64,000 bases of DNA. It comes from Lutibacter sp. Lineage in GTDB: Bacteria > Bacteroidota > Bacteroidia > Flavobacteriales > Flavobacteriaceae. The stretch lies in the NCBI RefSeq assembly GCF_021647265.1, contig NZ_JAKIVA010000004.1; one strand, given 5' to 3'. The notes under the pieces were generated by a model. It made no database searches, was not told where the DNA came from, and worked only from the letters and a program-made list of their open reading frames with translations. A program made the translations under genes and the position numbers. Of the stretch, positions 8,987 to 17,911 are shown piece by piece; position 1 is the stretch's first letter, and the number at the start of each line of letters is the position of its first letter.

Positions 8987-9382
8987 TTATTTTTTTAAAC
9001 TGTCAATTACTCTTTTAAGTTTTTGCTGTACTTCGTTTGCAATTTCTTCCAAATTATTATTTTCAACAGCCCCCATTGATGCAATTGGGTCAACCGCAGA
9101 GACAATAATATCTCCAGTACTTACTTCTTCAATAATCACGTTACAAGGAAGCATAATACCTATTTTATCTTCAGCTAGTAATGCTTTGTGAGCAAAATGA
9201 GGATTACAGGCGCCCAATATTTCATAAGGCCTAAAATCAACATCAATTTTTTTCTTTAAGGTTTCTTTAACATCAATATGAGTTAATACGCCAAAACCTT
9301 CTTCTTTTAATGCTGCAGTTACTTTTTCTTTTACAACTTCAAAAGATGAATTTTTAAGAGTTGTACTAAAATAATAGTTCAT
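8987..9382 (-). CDS. DUF302 domain protein
   Basis: 131 aa. ...EGFGVLTHIDVKETLKKKIDVDFRPYEILGACNPHFAHKAL...IGIMLPCNVII is the typical DUF302 pattern. Confidence 0.8.
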   Translation of the reverse strand: MNYYFSTTLKNSSFEVVKEKVTAALKEEGFGVLTHIDVKETLKKKIDVDFRPYEILGACNPHFAHKALLAEDKIGIMLPCNVIIEEVSTGDIIVSAVDPIASMGAVENNNLEEIANEVQQKLKRVIDSLKK

Positions 9383-9400
9383 AATAGTTATATTTTATGA

Positions 9401-9422
9401 TACAAAGATATGGTATCTTGTA
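9401..9422. promoter_or_regulatory. Imperfect palindrome just upstream of the DUF302 gene start (candidate operator)
   Basis: tacaaagata-tgg-tatcttgta. The right arm lacks one base relative to a perfect reverse complement. It lies 19-40 nt upstream of the start codon at 9382. Confidence 0.25.
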
Positions 9423-9618
9423 GTATCTAATTTTATATTTTTTTGACTTTTTGTTGTAAAATTATGAAATGCTTTATTTACTAAGCAATGTTTTATGTGA
9501 AAAAAATCTTAAAAGAAGTGAAATGGGAAAAGTTTAGGCATCTAAAATTTATTTGAAATAGTTATTTAATTGGCTAAAAATCTGTAATTTAGAAGGTAAA
9601 TATAAACCTTTTTCAATT

Positions 9619-9906
9619 ATGGTGTCAATAAATCTAACTGAAGTAAATAGCAAAAATCAAATTGCTAGGGTTATCTGTTTAAAAATGGAAAGTAATGGTA
9701 TTAAAAAAAGTGAAATAATTTTAGGAACGCGTTTAAGTAAAACCGCTATAAATAGTGTATTATGTTTAGATAATTGCGAAAAAGACTATAGGTTTAATAC
9801 CTTGTTAAAGGTACTTAGATTTTTAAAGATACAATTATTTATTGGGAGAAATGAAGATATTAAAACCAATATTTTGTCGCTTTTTAATACTTCTGATAAT
9901 AAATAG
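9619..9906 (+). CDS. Small XRE-like helix-turn-helix protein (hypothetical)
   Basis: 95 aa. GIKKSEIILGTRLSKTAINSVLCLDN....RFNTLLKVLRFLKIQLFIG fits the HTH_3 pattern (helix, turn, recognition helix, then L..il..Lg..l.i). No other support. Confidence 0.4.
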   Translation: MVSINLTEVNSKNQIARVICLKMESNGIKKSEIILGTRLSKTAINSVLCLDNCEKDYRFNTLLKVLRFLKIQLFIGRNEDIKTNILSLFNTSDNK

Positions 9907-9961
9907 CTATAAACATGAGTTAAAAGATATATTAATTATATTTGGACTTTATTAAAAAATA

Positions 9962-10939
9962 ATGATTGTAAAAATTGTAAAATCTTTTATTTTTAGTTTC
10001 TTTTTTATAGCCTCTATAGTTATAAAAGCACAGGAAACGTTACCTATTTATGCTGATTATTTATCAGATAATGTGTATTTAGTACATCCATCAGCTGCGG
10101 GGATAGGAAATTGCGGTAAAATTAGATTTACAGCTCGTAGTCAATGGAGTGGTGTAAGTGATGCACCTTCACTACAAACGTTAAGTGTTCATCAACGTAT
10201 TGGTGATAATACAGGAGTGGGTTTTATTCTTTTCAATGATAAAAACGGGTATCATTCTCAGCAGGGAATTCAGGCTACCTATGCCTATCATATTAATTTG
10301 GGATGGCCAGAGGAGTCTAATCAAATTTCATTTGGCTTATCATTTATGGTGGTTAATAATACTGTTGATGAAAGTCAATTTACAATTCCAGATCCAGTAA
10401 TTTCACAAATAGTACAAAGTGAGAGTTACTTTAATGCCGATTTTAGTATGGCCTACCATAAAGAAGGTTTCTTCTCATATTTTACGGCAAAAAATATTAT
10501 GCTAAGTGCTCGTAATTTGTATAATGACCAGTATGAGTCATTAAATTTACGTAGGTATTTGGTTACGTTAGGTTATTATTTTGGGAAAGGTAAAAATTTG
10601 CAATTTGAACCTTCTGTTATGGCTCAAAGTATAGAAAGAACAGGAGAAAAATTTGTAGATTTTAACATTAAAATTTATAAAGAAGTTTCAAATGCTCAAC
10701 TTTGGGCAGCATTTTCATACAGAAGAGGTTTTGACAATGCCAATACACAAGAATTAAGTTATTTAACACCAATTGTTGGTATAAATTATCAAAGATTTAT
10801 GATGTCTTACACATACACAAAACAAACAGGCGAAATTTTATTTGACGATGCGGGTTATCATCAAATTACATTAGGATTTAACTTTGGGTGTAGGCAACCT
10901 CGTAGAAATGGATGTCCTAACATTAATGCTTCTTTTTAA
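9962..10939 (+). CDS. PorP/SprF-family type IX secretion system membrane protein
   Basis: 325 aa with a signal peptide. YLVHPSAAGIGNCGKIRFTARSQWSGVSDAPSLQTLSVH...GVGFILFNDKNGYHSQQGIQATYAYHI is the characteristic PorP/SprF N-terminal pattern. Confidence 0.82.
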   Translation: MIVKIVKSFIFSFFFIASIVIKAQETLPIYADYLSDNVYLVHPSAAGIGNCGKIRFTARSQWSGVSDAPSLQTLSVHQRIGDNTGVGFILFNDKNGYHSQQGIQATYAYHINLGWPEESNQISFGLSFMVVNNTVDESQFTIPDPVISQIVQSESYFNADFSMAYHKEGFFSYFTAKNIMLSARNLYNDQYESLNLRRYLVTLGYYFGKGKNLQFEPSVMAQSIERTGEKFVDFNIKIYKEVSNAQLWAAFSYRRGFDNANTQELSYLTPIVGINYQRFMMSYTYTKQTGEILFDDAGYHQITLGFNFGCRQPRRNGCPNINASF

Positions 10940-10957
10940 ACGTTTACAAATTTTTAT

Positions 10958-11467
10958 ATGATTATTAAAGAGTTAAATGGAAATAAGCCAATTTTTGGCA
11001 ACGATTGTTTTTTTGCTGAAAATTCAGTAATTATCGGAGAGGTTGAAATGGGTAATCAATGTAGTGTTTGGTATAATGCAGTAATTAGAGGAGATGTACA
11101 TTACATAAAGTTAGGAAACAAGGTTAATGTACAAGATGGTGCCGTAATCCATGCAACCTATAAAAAATCACCTACAAATATTGGTGATAATGTATCAATT
11201 GGCCATAATGCTTTGGTTCATGGTTGTACAATTCACAATAATGTTTTAGTAGGAATGGGAGCTATTATTATGGACGATTGTATTGTTGAAAGTAATTCAA
11301 TTATTGCTGCTGGAGCTGTGGTTACCAAAGGTACTCATATAAAATCAGGCAGTATTTATGCCGGAGTTCCTGCAAAAAAAATAAAAGATATTAGTGAGGA
11401 GCTAATTTCAGGTGAAATTAATAGAATTGCTAATAATTATGTGAAATACGCTAATTGGTATCAGTAG
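10958..11467 (+). CDS. Gamma-carbonic-anhydrase-like / left-handed beta-helix (LbH) family protein
   Basis: 169 aa with hexapeptide repeats. AENSVIIGEVEMGNQCSVWYNAVIRGDVHYIKLGNKVNVQDGAVIHAT resembles the YrdA/PaaY type. Confidence 0.82.
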   Translation: MIIKELNGNKPIFGNDCFFAENSVIIGEVEMGNQCSVWYNAVIRGDVHYIKLGNKVNVQDGAVIHATYKKSPTNIGDNVSIGHNALVHGCTIHNNVLVGMGAIIMDDCIVESNSIIAAGAVVTKGTHIKSGSIYAGVPAKKIKDISEELISGEINRIANNYVKYANWYQ

Positions 11468-11506
11468 TATTTGGGCGTTACCTTTCAGGTCGGGCTATCA
11501 CTACTC

Positions 11507-11540
11507 GCTTTTTTTAGTTAGAAAAGAACTAAAAAATAGC
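11507..11540. terminator. AT-rich hairpin between convergent genes (likely bidirectional terminator)
   Basis: ttttttagtt (11510-11519), loop agaaaag, aactaaaaaa (11527-11536). It is flanked by T and A runs and lies between the LbH gene (+) and murI (-). Confidence 0.4.
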
Positions 11541-11577
11541 TCAAACACATCGTTCTATCCCTAACGCAAACAACAAT

Positions 11578-12366
11578 TTAAAAATCTAATTTTTCTACAG
11601 TAAATTTCACTAAAACATCATTTAATATTTCTGACAGGACGTTGGTTTCAATGTTAGTATAAAACAGGTGTTTACTTTTTTGGGGTGAAACTAACATTAA
11701 GTGGTGTTTTTCTAAAATAGCTTTTGTTTGTCTTGCAACGGCCTCTCCAGAATCAATAATTACAACATTTTTACCTACTATTTTTTTTATTTGAGGAATT
11801 AAATAAGGGTAGTGTGTACAACCTAAAACCAAATGATCTATACCATAATTTAACATAGGTTTTATGTACGAGATAAGTAATTCATTTAATTTGTATGAAT
11901 TTAATTCACCATTTTCAATTAATTGAACCAACCCTTCTCCATCTTGTTCAATGGTTGTAATATTTTTTGTGTAATTGGCTGTTGTTTTTTCAAATAACTC
12001 ACTTATTAATGTGCCTTTGGTTGCTAAAATTCCAATTGCTCCTGTTTTACTTAAAAGAGCTGCAGGTTTAATCGCTGGTTCTATACCAATAAACGGAATA
12101 GTATAATTTTTCCTTAAATAATCTATGGCATTTGTTGTGGCAGTATTACAAGCAACAATTATTAGCTTGCAACCTTTTGAAATTAAGAGTTCCGTATTTT
12201 TTATACATAGTGAAATAATTTCCTCCTTAGATTTTTCCCCATACGGAGCATTTTTACTATCGGCTAAATAAATAGTGTTTTCATTGGGAAGTAATTTTAT
12301 TACTTCTTTCCATATTGACGTACCTCCAATACCAGAATCAAATATGCCAATAGGTTGTTTTTTCAT
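11578..12366 (-). CDS. murI: Glutamate racemase
   Basis: 262 aa. IGIFDSGIGG, VACNTA and LGCTHYP include both catalytic Cys motifs. Confidence 0.92.
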   Translation of the reverse strand: MKKQPIGIFDSGIGGTSIWKEVIKLLPNENTIYLADSKNAPYGEKSKEEIISLCIKNTELLISKGCKLIIVACNTATTNAIDYLRKNYTIPFIGIEPAIKPAALLSKTGAIGILATKGTLISELFEKTTANYTKNITTIEQDGEGLVQLIENGELNSYKLNELLISYIKPMLNYGIDHLVLGCTHYPYLIPQIKKIVGKNVVIIDSGEAVARQTKAILEKHHLMLVSPQKSKHLFYTNIETNVLSEILNDVLVKFTVEKLDF

Positions 12367-12380
12367 TAGAATAAATGTAA

Positions 12381-12411
12381 AAAAAAATCTCGCAAGGGCG
12401 AGATTTTTTTT
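12381..12411 (-). terminator. Rho-independent terminator after the ompH genes
   Basis: atctcgc (12387-12393), loop aagg, gcgagat (12398-12404). It is flanked by A6+ and T7 runs. Confidence 0.7.
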
Positions 12412-12429
12412 AAATAAGTATTATATTTT

Positions 12430-12933
12430 TTATTGAATGCCTAATTTAGCTTTTACCGCAGGAAGTAAATCAGTACCCTTCGCCACAATTAAAGTTGAAG
12501 CTTCTAAAACGTATGTGTAACCTTGCTCTGCAGCAACATCATCGATAGCTTTTTTAGCTTTTTCTAAAATTGGTTTCAATTTTTCATCTCTTTTTTTGTT
12601 TATTTCTTCTCTAGCTACTTGAGATGCTTGGTACAAGTTTTGTTGATCTTGTTGTACTTCAGCACTTCTTTGCTGATTAACCTCATCAGTTTGAGATTTA
12701 ACTTCAGCTTCATATTTTTTTAATTTAGCTTGAAGTTTAGTTTGCTCAGCTTTTAATTCAGTTTCATAAGTTTTACTTAATTTTTCAAGTTCAGCATTCA
12801 TTGCTTTTGTTTCTGGCATAATGCTTAAAAGCTGGTCTGTACTTATATGTCCAATTTTTATTTGAGCTTGTACAGCAGTGTTAAATCCTAAAGTAATTAT
12901 TGCGATTAATAATAAGTTTTTAAATTGTTTCAT
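12430..12933 (-). CDS. OmpH/Skp-family periplasmic chaperone
   Basis: 167 aa with a signal peptide and a coiled-coil, K/E/Q-rich sequence. It is downstream of bamA. Confidence 0.85.
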   Translation of the reverse strand: MKQFKNLLLIAIITLGFNTAVQAQIKIGHISTDQLLSIMPETKAMNAELEKLSKTYETELKAEQTKLQAKLKKYEAEVKSQTDEVNQQRSAEVQQDQQNLYQASQVAREEINKKRDEKLKPILEKAKKAIDDVAAEQGYTYVLEASTLIVAKGTDLLPAVKAKLGIQ

Positions 12934-12952
12934 TTTTATAGTTGTTATTTAT

Positions 12953-13729
12953 TTAATTATTATTCTGTTCTTTTGCTTTTTTAGCAGCTTCAATATCTTT
13001 TATTCTTTTTTGCCTTTTAGCTTCAATTGCAGCTTTTAATTCTTCTCTTTTTTTAAGTTGAGCAGCTCTCTTATCTTCAATTTTCTTTTTTAATTCGGCT
13101 TTTCTTAAATCACGATCACTTATCTTTTTTTGTGATTCTTCATTGAGTGTTTTAGGCTCTGTTTTTGTTTTATTTCTTTTATGTTGTTTTTCTTTGGCTG
13201 CTATTGCCTTTTTACTTCTTGTGATGTTTTTAATAACCAAATCGCTAATATCAAACTTTTTATTGGTATACAACATTATTAATGAACTTGATTTATCTAA
13301 TACAAAGTCATATCTTCTTTTGGTTGCAATGTCTTGAACAGCATTAAATACTAAATCTTGAATTGGTTTAACCAATTGTTGTCTCAAAAAGAATAAATCA
13401 CCATCAACACCAAAATAAGTTGCTTGTAATTTTTTTAAATCAAATTCTAAGATTTGAATATCTTCTTCTTTTTCAACAATTAACTCATCCGTTAATAATG
13501 CTTTTTCATTGTTTAATTCAGCTTTTAATTTTTCTATTTCTTTTTCTTGTTTTTCAATATTTTGTTGCCAAACAATTGCTTTATTATTAATTTTTGCTTG
13601 TGCTTCCTTATATTCTGGAATATTTTCTAAAATATATTCCATATCAATATAGCCAATTCTTTGTGCTTTTTGTGCATTTAAAGCAAAACTTAAAATTATA
13701 AATGCAAATAAAAGAACTTTTTTTATCAT
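12953..13729 (-). CDS. OmpH/Skp-family protein with a Lys-rich C-terminal tail
   Basis: 258 aa with a signal peptide. RIGYIDMEYILENIPEYKEAQAKIN is an OmpH-type N-terminus. The C-terminus is highly basic. Confidence 0.8.
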   Translation of the reverse strand: MIKKVLLFAFIILSFALNAQKAQRIGYIDMEYILENIPEYKEAQAKINNKAIVWQQNIEKQEKEIEKLKAELNNEKALLTDELIVEKEEDIQILEFDLKKLQATYFGVDGDLFFLRQQLVKPIQDLVFNAVQDIATKRRYDFVLDKSSSLIMLYTNKKFDISDLVIKNITRSKKAIAAKEKQHKRNKTKTEPKTLNEESQKKISDRDLRKAELKKKIEDKRAAQLKKREELKAAIEAKRQKRIKDIEAAKKAKEQNNN

Positions 13730-13793
13730 AACTAATAAGTATTTAGAAAAAATCGTGCCATTTAATAATATTTACAAATATAACTGATTTTGA

Positions 13794-16349
13794 TTAAAAT
13801 TGTTGTCCTATAATAAAGTGAGTTTGCCAACCAGATTTTGCTGTTTGTCCAGGTAAAGGATCAAAACCATTTGCAAAGTCAATTCCTAACATCCCAAAGG
13901 CAGGCATAAATATTCTAAGTCCAACACCCGCAGATCTTTTTAATACAAATGGATTGAAATTTTTAAACCCATCATAAGAATTTCCAGCTTCTAAAAATCC
14001 TAACACATAAATTGATGCAGAAGGTTTTAATGTAATAGGATACCTAAGTTCTAATTGAAACTTATTATAAATAGTTCCTCCACTAATAGTTGACAGCCTT
14101 CCGTTCTCATAACCTCTTAAGCCAATTACTTCTCTACCGTCTAATTGGAATGTTGCTATACCGTCACCTCCTACAAAATAACGTTCAAAAGGAGAGTCGC
14201 CTAGTTGACTATTGTAACTTCCCAAAATTCCAAATTCTGCATTGGACATAATTACCAAATCATCTGTTAGTGCAGTATACCATTTCCCTTTAAAACTAGC
14301 TTTGTAATACTCTAACCATTTGTACTTTTCACTATCTTCAAGTGTGGAGTAGTCTTTGTCATTGAACAATGAGTAAGGAAGTGTTAATTTAGCTCCTATG
14401 CTAAAGTCTGAACCTTGTTTTGGGAAAACTGGATTTGGACCAGCAGAACTTCTTCCCAAAGTAATACTGTAAGATAAATTATTTGAAGACCCTGTTGAAA
14501 AAGAAAATGTTGAAACAGGATAATCCTTTAAATCGTATAATTGGTAACTAATACTTTGTGACAATGTAAAGTAATTATCTGGCCATTGTAGCCGTTTTCC
14601 TAAGCCAATAGATGCTCCAACAATGTTTAAACGTTGATCTTTGTCAACCCTGTTGGTTTGATAATCGTATCTAAATTGTTTTGAATTATAGATAGAGAAT
14701 GATAAAGATTGGGGTTTTTTACCTCCCAACCAAGGTTCTACAAATGAAAAACTTGAAGTGGTAAAAAACCTACTCTTTTGTATTCTTAACGATAGTGTTT
14801 GACCATCTCCCATAGGTAAAGGGCGGTATGCTTTTTTATTGAATAAATTTCTAAACGAAAAGTTATTAAACGATAGTCCCAAAGTACCGATAAAAGAGCC
14901 ACCACCATAACCTCCTTGTAATTCTATTTGACTCGAGCCTTTTTCAGCTACAGTATAATCTATATCAACAGTTTTATCTTGAAAGTTGGGGTTAATGTCA
15001 GGTGAAATAGCTTCAGCATCAAAAAAGCCTAATTGGCCAATTTCCCTTATGGTTCTAATAATATCTCTTTTACTGTATAAATAACCTGGTTTTGTTCTAA
15101 TTTCTCTAAAAACTACATGGTCATTGGTTTTGTCATTACCATTAACAGTTACCTTTTTAATTCTTGTAGGTTGATCTTCGTAAATTCGTATTTCAATATC
15201 AATAGAATCATTGTTAACTCTTGTTTCTACAGGAAGTACTCTTGAAAATAAATAACCATTATCTTGATATAAAGTTGCAATATCTTGAGAGTCTGGTGAG
15301 CCATCACCTGTAACTCTTTCTTTTAAAACTTTTCCATTATACGTGTCCCCTTTTTCAATTCTTAAAAGTCGTTGTAGCTGAGCATCAGTGTATTTGGTGT
15401 TTCCCAAAAATTGAATATTTCCAAAAATATATTTTTTACCTTCTTCTACCTTTATAGTTAGGTTCAATGTATTATCATCATTCCAAGTTATTGAATGCCC
15501 AACAACTCTGGCATCTCTATACCCTTTTTCACTGTATGTAGTAATTAAATTTTCTAGGTCTTCTTTAAAATCAGTTTCAATAAATTTAGATTTTTTCCAA
15601 AACCTACCTAGCATTTCCTTTTTAGTATTTTTCAGGGTTTTTCTAAGTTTCTTTGTGCTAAAATCTTTGTTGCCTTCAAAAATAATATTTTTTATTTTTA
15701 CTTTTTCACCTTTATCAATATGAACTAGCATGTTAACTGTATTTACGCTAGAGGTATCGGGTTTTGTGTTTATGGTAACTTTTGTTTTTAAGAATCCTTT
15801 TTCTTGAAACTTCTTTTTAAAATAGTTTTTTGTAGTAACAATTAAGTTATCTGTAACCATTGCTCCTTTTTTAAGTTCAGCATCTTTTTGTAAATCGGAA
15901 GCTTTATTCTTTTTAACACCTTGAATGGTTACGTTGTTTAGTTGGGGTAATTCCTGAACTTCAAATTCTAAATAAGCAACATCACCATCAATTTTAGAGA
16001 TGTAAACTTCTACATTGCTAAATTGTTTGGTTTCGTATAGTTTTTTGATGGCGCTTGTTAATTTATCTCCAGGTAGTTTAATTTGTTGCCCTACTTTTAA
16101 ACCGGTAAAAACTTTGACAGTTTCTTCTTCAAATTTCTGAAGGCCTTTAACCGTAATTCCACCAAGTTCATAAAAACTATCTTTTTTGAAAATAGGTTTT
16201 TTTATTGTTGGAGGAATACTATCATTAACTATGGAATCATTTTTTATTTGAATCTCTTTTAAAACATTTTTTTGTGGTTCTTGTGCAATTACAGAAGTTG
16301 TTGCTAAAAAAAATGTAAAAAGTAAAAGGGCTATGTTAAATTTATTCAT
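13794..16349 (-). CDS. bamA: Outer membrane protein assembly factor BamA
   Basis: POTRA repeats plus a C-terminal Omp85 barrel ending ...HFIIGQQF. I place the start at ATG 16349 (MNKFNIALLLFTFFLATTSVIAQ signal peptide). The 894-aa track ORF extends into uppS. The ATG overlaps the uppS stop (ATGAATAA). Confidence 0.9.
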   Translation of the reverse strand: MNKFNIALLLFTFFLATTSVIAQEPQKNVLKEIQIKNDSIVNDSIPPTIKKPIFKKDSFYELGGITVKGLQKFEEETVKVFTGLKVGQQIKLPGDKLTSAIKKLYETKQFSNVEVYISKIDGDVAYLEFEVQELPQLNNVTIQGVKKNKASDLQKDAELKKGAMVTDNLIVTTKNYFKKKFQEKGFLKTKVTINTKPDTSSVNTVNMLVHIDKGEKVKIKNIIFEGNKDFSTKKLRKTLKNTKKEMLGRFWKKSKFIETDFKEDLENLITTYSEKGYRDARVVGHSITWNDDNTLNLTIKVEEGKKYIFGNIQFLGNTKYTDAQLQRLLRIEKGDTYNGKVLKERVTGDGSPDSQDIATLYQDNGYLFSRVLPVETRVNNDSIDIEIRIYEDQPTRIKKVTVNGNDKTNDHVVFREIRTKPGYLYSKRDIIRTIREIGQLGFFDAEAISPDINPNFQDKTVDIDYTVAEKGSSQIELQGGYGGGSFIGTLGLSFNNFSFRNLFNKKAYRPLPMGDGQTLSLRIQKSRFFTTSSFSFVEPWLGGKKPQSLSFSIYNSKQFRYDYQTNRVDKDQRLNIVGASIGLGKRLQWPDNYFTLSQSISYQLYDLKDYPVSTFSFSTGSSNNLSYSITLGRSSAGPNPVFPKQGSDFSIGAKLTLPYSLFNDKDYSTLEDSEKYKWLEYYKASFKGKWYTALTDDLVIMSNAEFGILGSYNSQLGDSPFERYFVGGDGIATFQLDGREVIGLRGYENGRLSTISGGTIYNKFQLELRYPITLKPSASIYVLGFLEAGNSYDGFKNFNPFVLKRSAGVGLRIFMPAFGMLGIDFANGFDPLPGQTAKSGWQTHFIIGQQF

Positions 16350-17097
16350 TGAGTTTTTCAATTTGTTCACTAGTTTTTCCAAAACGTCGTTCTCTATTCT
16401 GATATTCAAAAATTGCATTAAATAGGTTTTCTTTTCTAAAATCGGGCCAAAGTGTATTTGTAAAATACAATTCAGCATATGCTATTTGCCATAACAAAAA
16501 ATTGCTGATTCTTTTTTCTCCACTTGTTCGAATCATAAAATCAACATCCGGCAAAGAAAACGTATATAAATGGTTATTTATAATTTTTTCATTAATTTCT
16601 TCAAGGCCAAGTTGTTTATTAACAACTTTTTTTGATATTTTTTTGATAACATTAACAATTTCTTCTCTTGATCCATAACTTAATGCCAATGTTAGTGTTA
16701 ATCTGTTATTATTTTTTGTTTTTTCAATAACATCTGCAAGTTCTTTTTGTGCTCTTTCTGGTAAGTTATGAATAGTACCAATGGTGTTTAGTTTTATATT
16801 ATTTTCTTGCAGTGTTTTTAGTTCTTTTTTTAATGATGAAACTAATAAAGCCATTAATGTTTTAACTTCTAACTTGGGTCTATTCCAATTCTCAGTTGAA
16901 AAAGCGTACAAAGTTAAATAATTAACTCCAATTTCAGCACAACCTTCAATAATTTCCTTTACAGAGGTAACACCATTTTTATGTCCAAAAACGCGTGGTT
17001 TCCCTTTTGATTTTGCCCAACGCCCATTGCCATCCATAATTATTGCAATATGGTTTGGTAGTGAGCCTTTCAATATTTTAGCTTTTAAATCTTTCAT
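16342..17097 (-). CDS. uppS: Isoprenyl transferase (undecaprenyl diphosphate synthase)
   Basis: 251 aa. HIAIIMDGNGRWA, YLTLYAFSTENW.RP and RTSGE.RISNFLLWQ.AYAE are UppS signatures. Confidence 0.92.
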   Translation of the reverse strand: MKDLKAKILKGSLPNHIAIIMDGNGRWAKSKGKPRVFGHKNGVTSVKEIIEGCAEIGVNYLTLYAFSTENWNRPKLEVKTLMALLVSSLKKELKTLQENNIKLNTIGTIHNLPERAQKELADVIEKTKNNNRLTLTLALSYGSREEIVNVIKKISKKVVNKQLGLEEINEKIINNHLYTFSLPDVDFMIRTSGEKRISNFLLWQIAYAELYFTNTLWPDFRKENLFNAIFEYQNRERRFGKTSEQIEKLNE

Positions 17098-17777
17098 TAA
17101 AACGGACTTGAATAGCAGGCGGGTCTTCCAAAAGTATAAACTAAAGATATGCCACTTAGAATATACCAGTCGTTACTATTTGGGTTTCCAAAGGTTAAAG
17201 ATTTTATATTGTTGTTATTGTAATCTATATCATCTACAAAAGTATATCTGGCTCTTAATTCAAAAGCAATGGCAAAATCTTGAAATAATTTTGTTTTATA
17301 ACCAACACCAAAAGGTATTGCAAAGGATGTTTTTGAACTGTATTGGTATTGTAATGGAGCCGTTTCTGCCACTACAACATTATAATTAAAGATAGCAAAT
17401 TCAAGTAGTAAATAAGGAGTATAGGTGTTTTTGTAATTGTCTAGATTGTAGTTAAAATAATTAAACTCAATTCCTACTGCCAATTCTTTTATGCTATTTT
17501 TAAAACCAATGCCCCTAAAATAACGTTCTCTGTTTGTTGCATTTTTATCATCAGACATTATTGCTGCATAGGTGAATGTTCCTCTAAAAGAAATTCGCGG
17601 GTTCATATTCCATTTATAAATTACTCCTCCCATAATATTATTTGGGTTTATATAGTATTCAGGTCCTATATCTCCAATATAATTGCTACCACCTATAAAT
17701 AAACCAACTTCGTTAATTTGTGCATTGGAAGTGTTTGTGACACAGATAAATGTAATAAGTAAAACTAGTTTTTTCAT
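17097..17777 (-). CDS. Outer-membrane beta-barrel protein (DUF6089-like)
   Basis: Start moved to MKKLVLLITFICVTNTSNAQ (ATG 17777). The sequence has an alternating aromatic beta-strand pattern and a terminal ...YSSPF. It lies in the conserved position upstream of uppS with a 1-nt TAATG overlap. Confidence 0.65.
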   Translation of the reverse strand: MKKLVLLITFICVTNTSNAQINEVGLFIGGSNYIGDIGPEYYINPNNIMGGVIYKWNMNPRISFRGTFTYAAIMSDDKNATNRERYFRGIGFKNSIKELAVGIEFNYFNYNLDNYKNTYTPYLLLEFAIFNYNVVVAETAPLQYQYSSKTSFAIPFGVGYKTKLFQDFAIAFELRARYTFVDDIDYNNNNIKSLTFGNPNSNDWYILSGISLVYTFGRPACYSSPF

Positions 17778-17911
17778 AAATAAAATAGCGTGCAAATATA
17801 AATAAATATCATTGTTTATAGAAGTTATACAAAGTCTTTTTTGTTAAACTGCTTATAAATGAAATTATTGTAGTTTCAGCAAACTACTTTTTTTAAGAAT
17901 AAGCACTAAAA

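Noticed and set aside
1-9382. The metal-efflux block as a mobile genomic island
   Set aside because: There is no integrase, transposase, tRNA target, direct repeats or visible compositional break within the window. The left boundary lies outside the window, so mobility cannot be excluded, but nothing here supports it.
11471-11570. Element of about 100 nt starting gggcgtta and ending ccctaacgc; considered as a tRNA fragment or REP-type mobile repeat
   Set aside because: Only the 6-nt ends (gcgtta / taacgc) are inverted repeats, and I found no second copy in the window. It does not fold as a cloverleaf. The central AT-rich hairpin between convergent genes is adequately explained as a bidirectional terminator.
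12430-13729. Tandem ompH genes as a recent duplication
   Set aside because: The two proteins are clearly divergent in length and sequence (167 versus 258 aa, the latter with a Lys-rich tail). The bamA-ompH-ompH arrangement is what I recall as standard in Flavobacteriia.
16350-16478. N-terminal 43-aa extension of the bamA track ORF, overlapping the uppS 3' end
   Set aside because: The internal ATG at 16349 is immediately followed by a classical signal peptide and gives the usual 8-nt overlap with the uppS stop. The extension would put 137 nt of bamA inside uppS.
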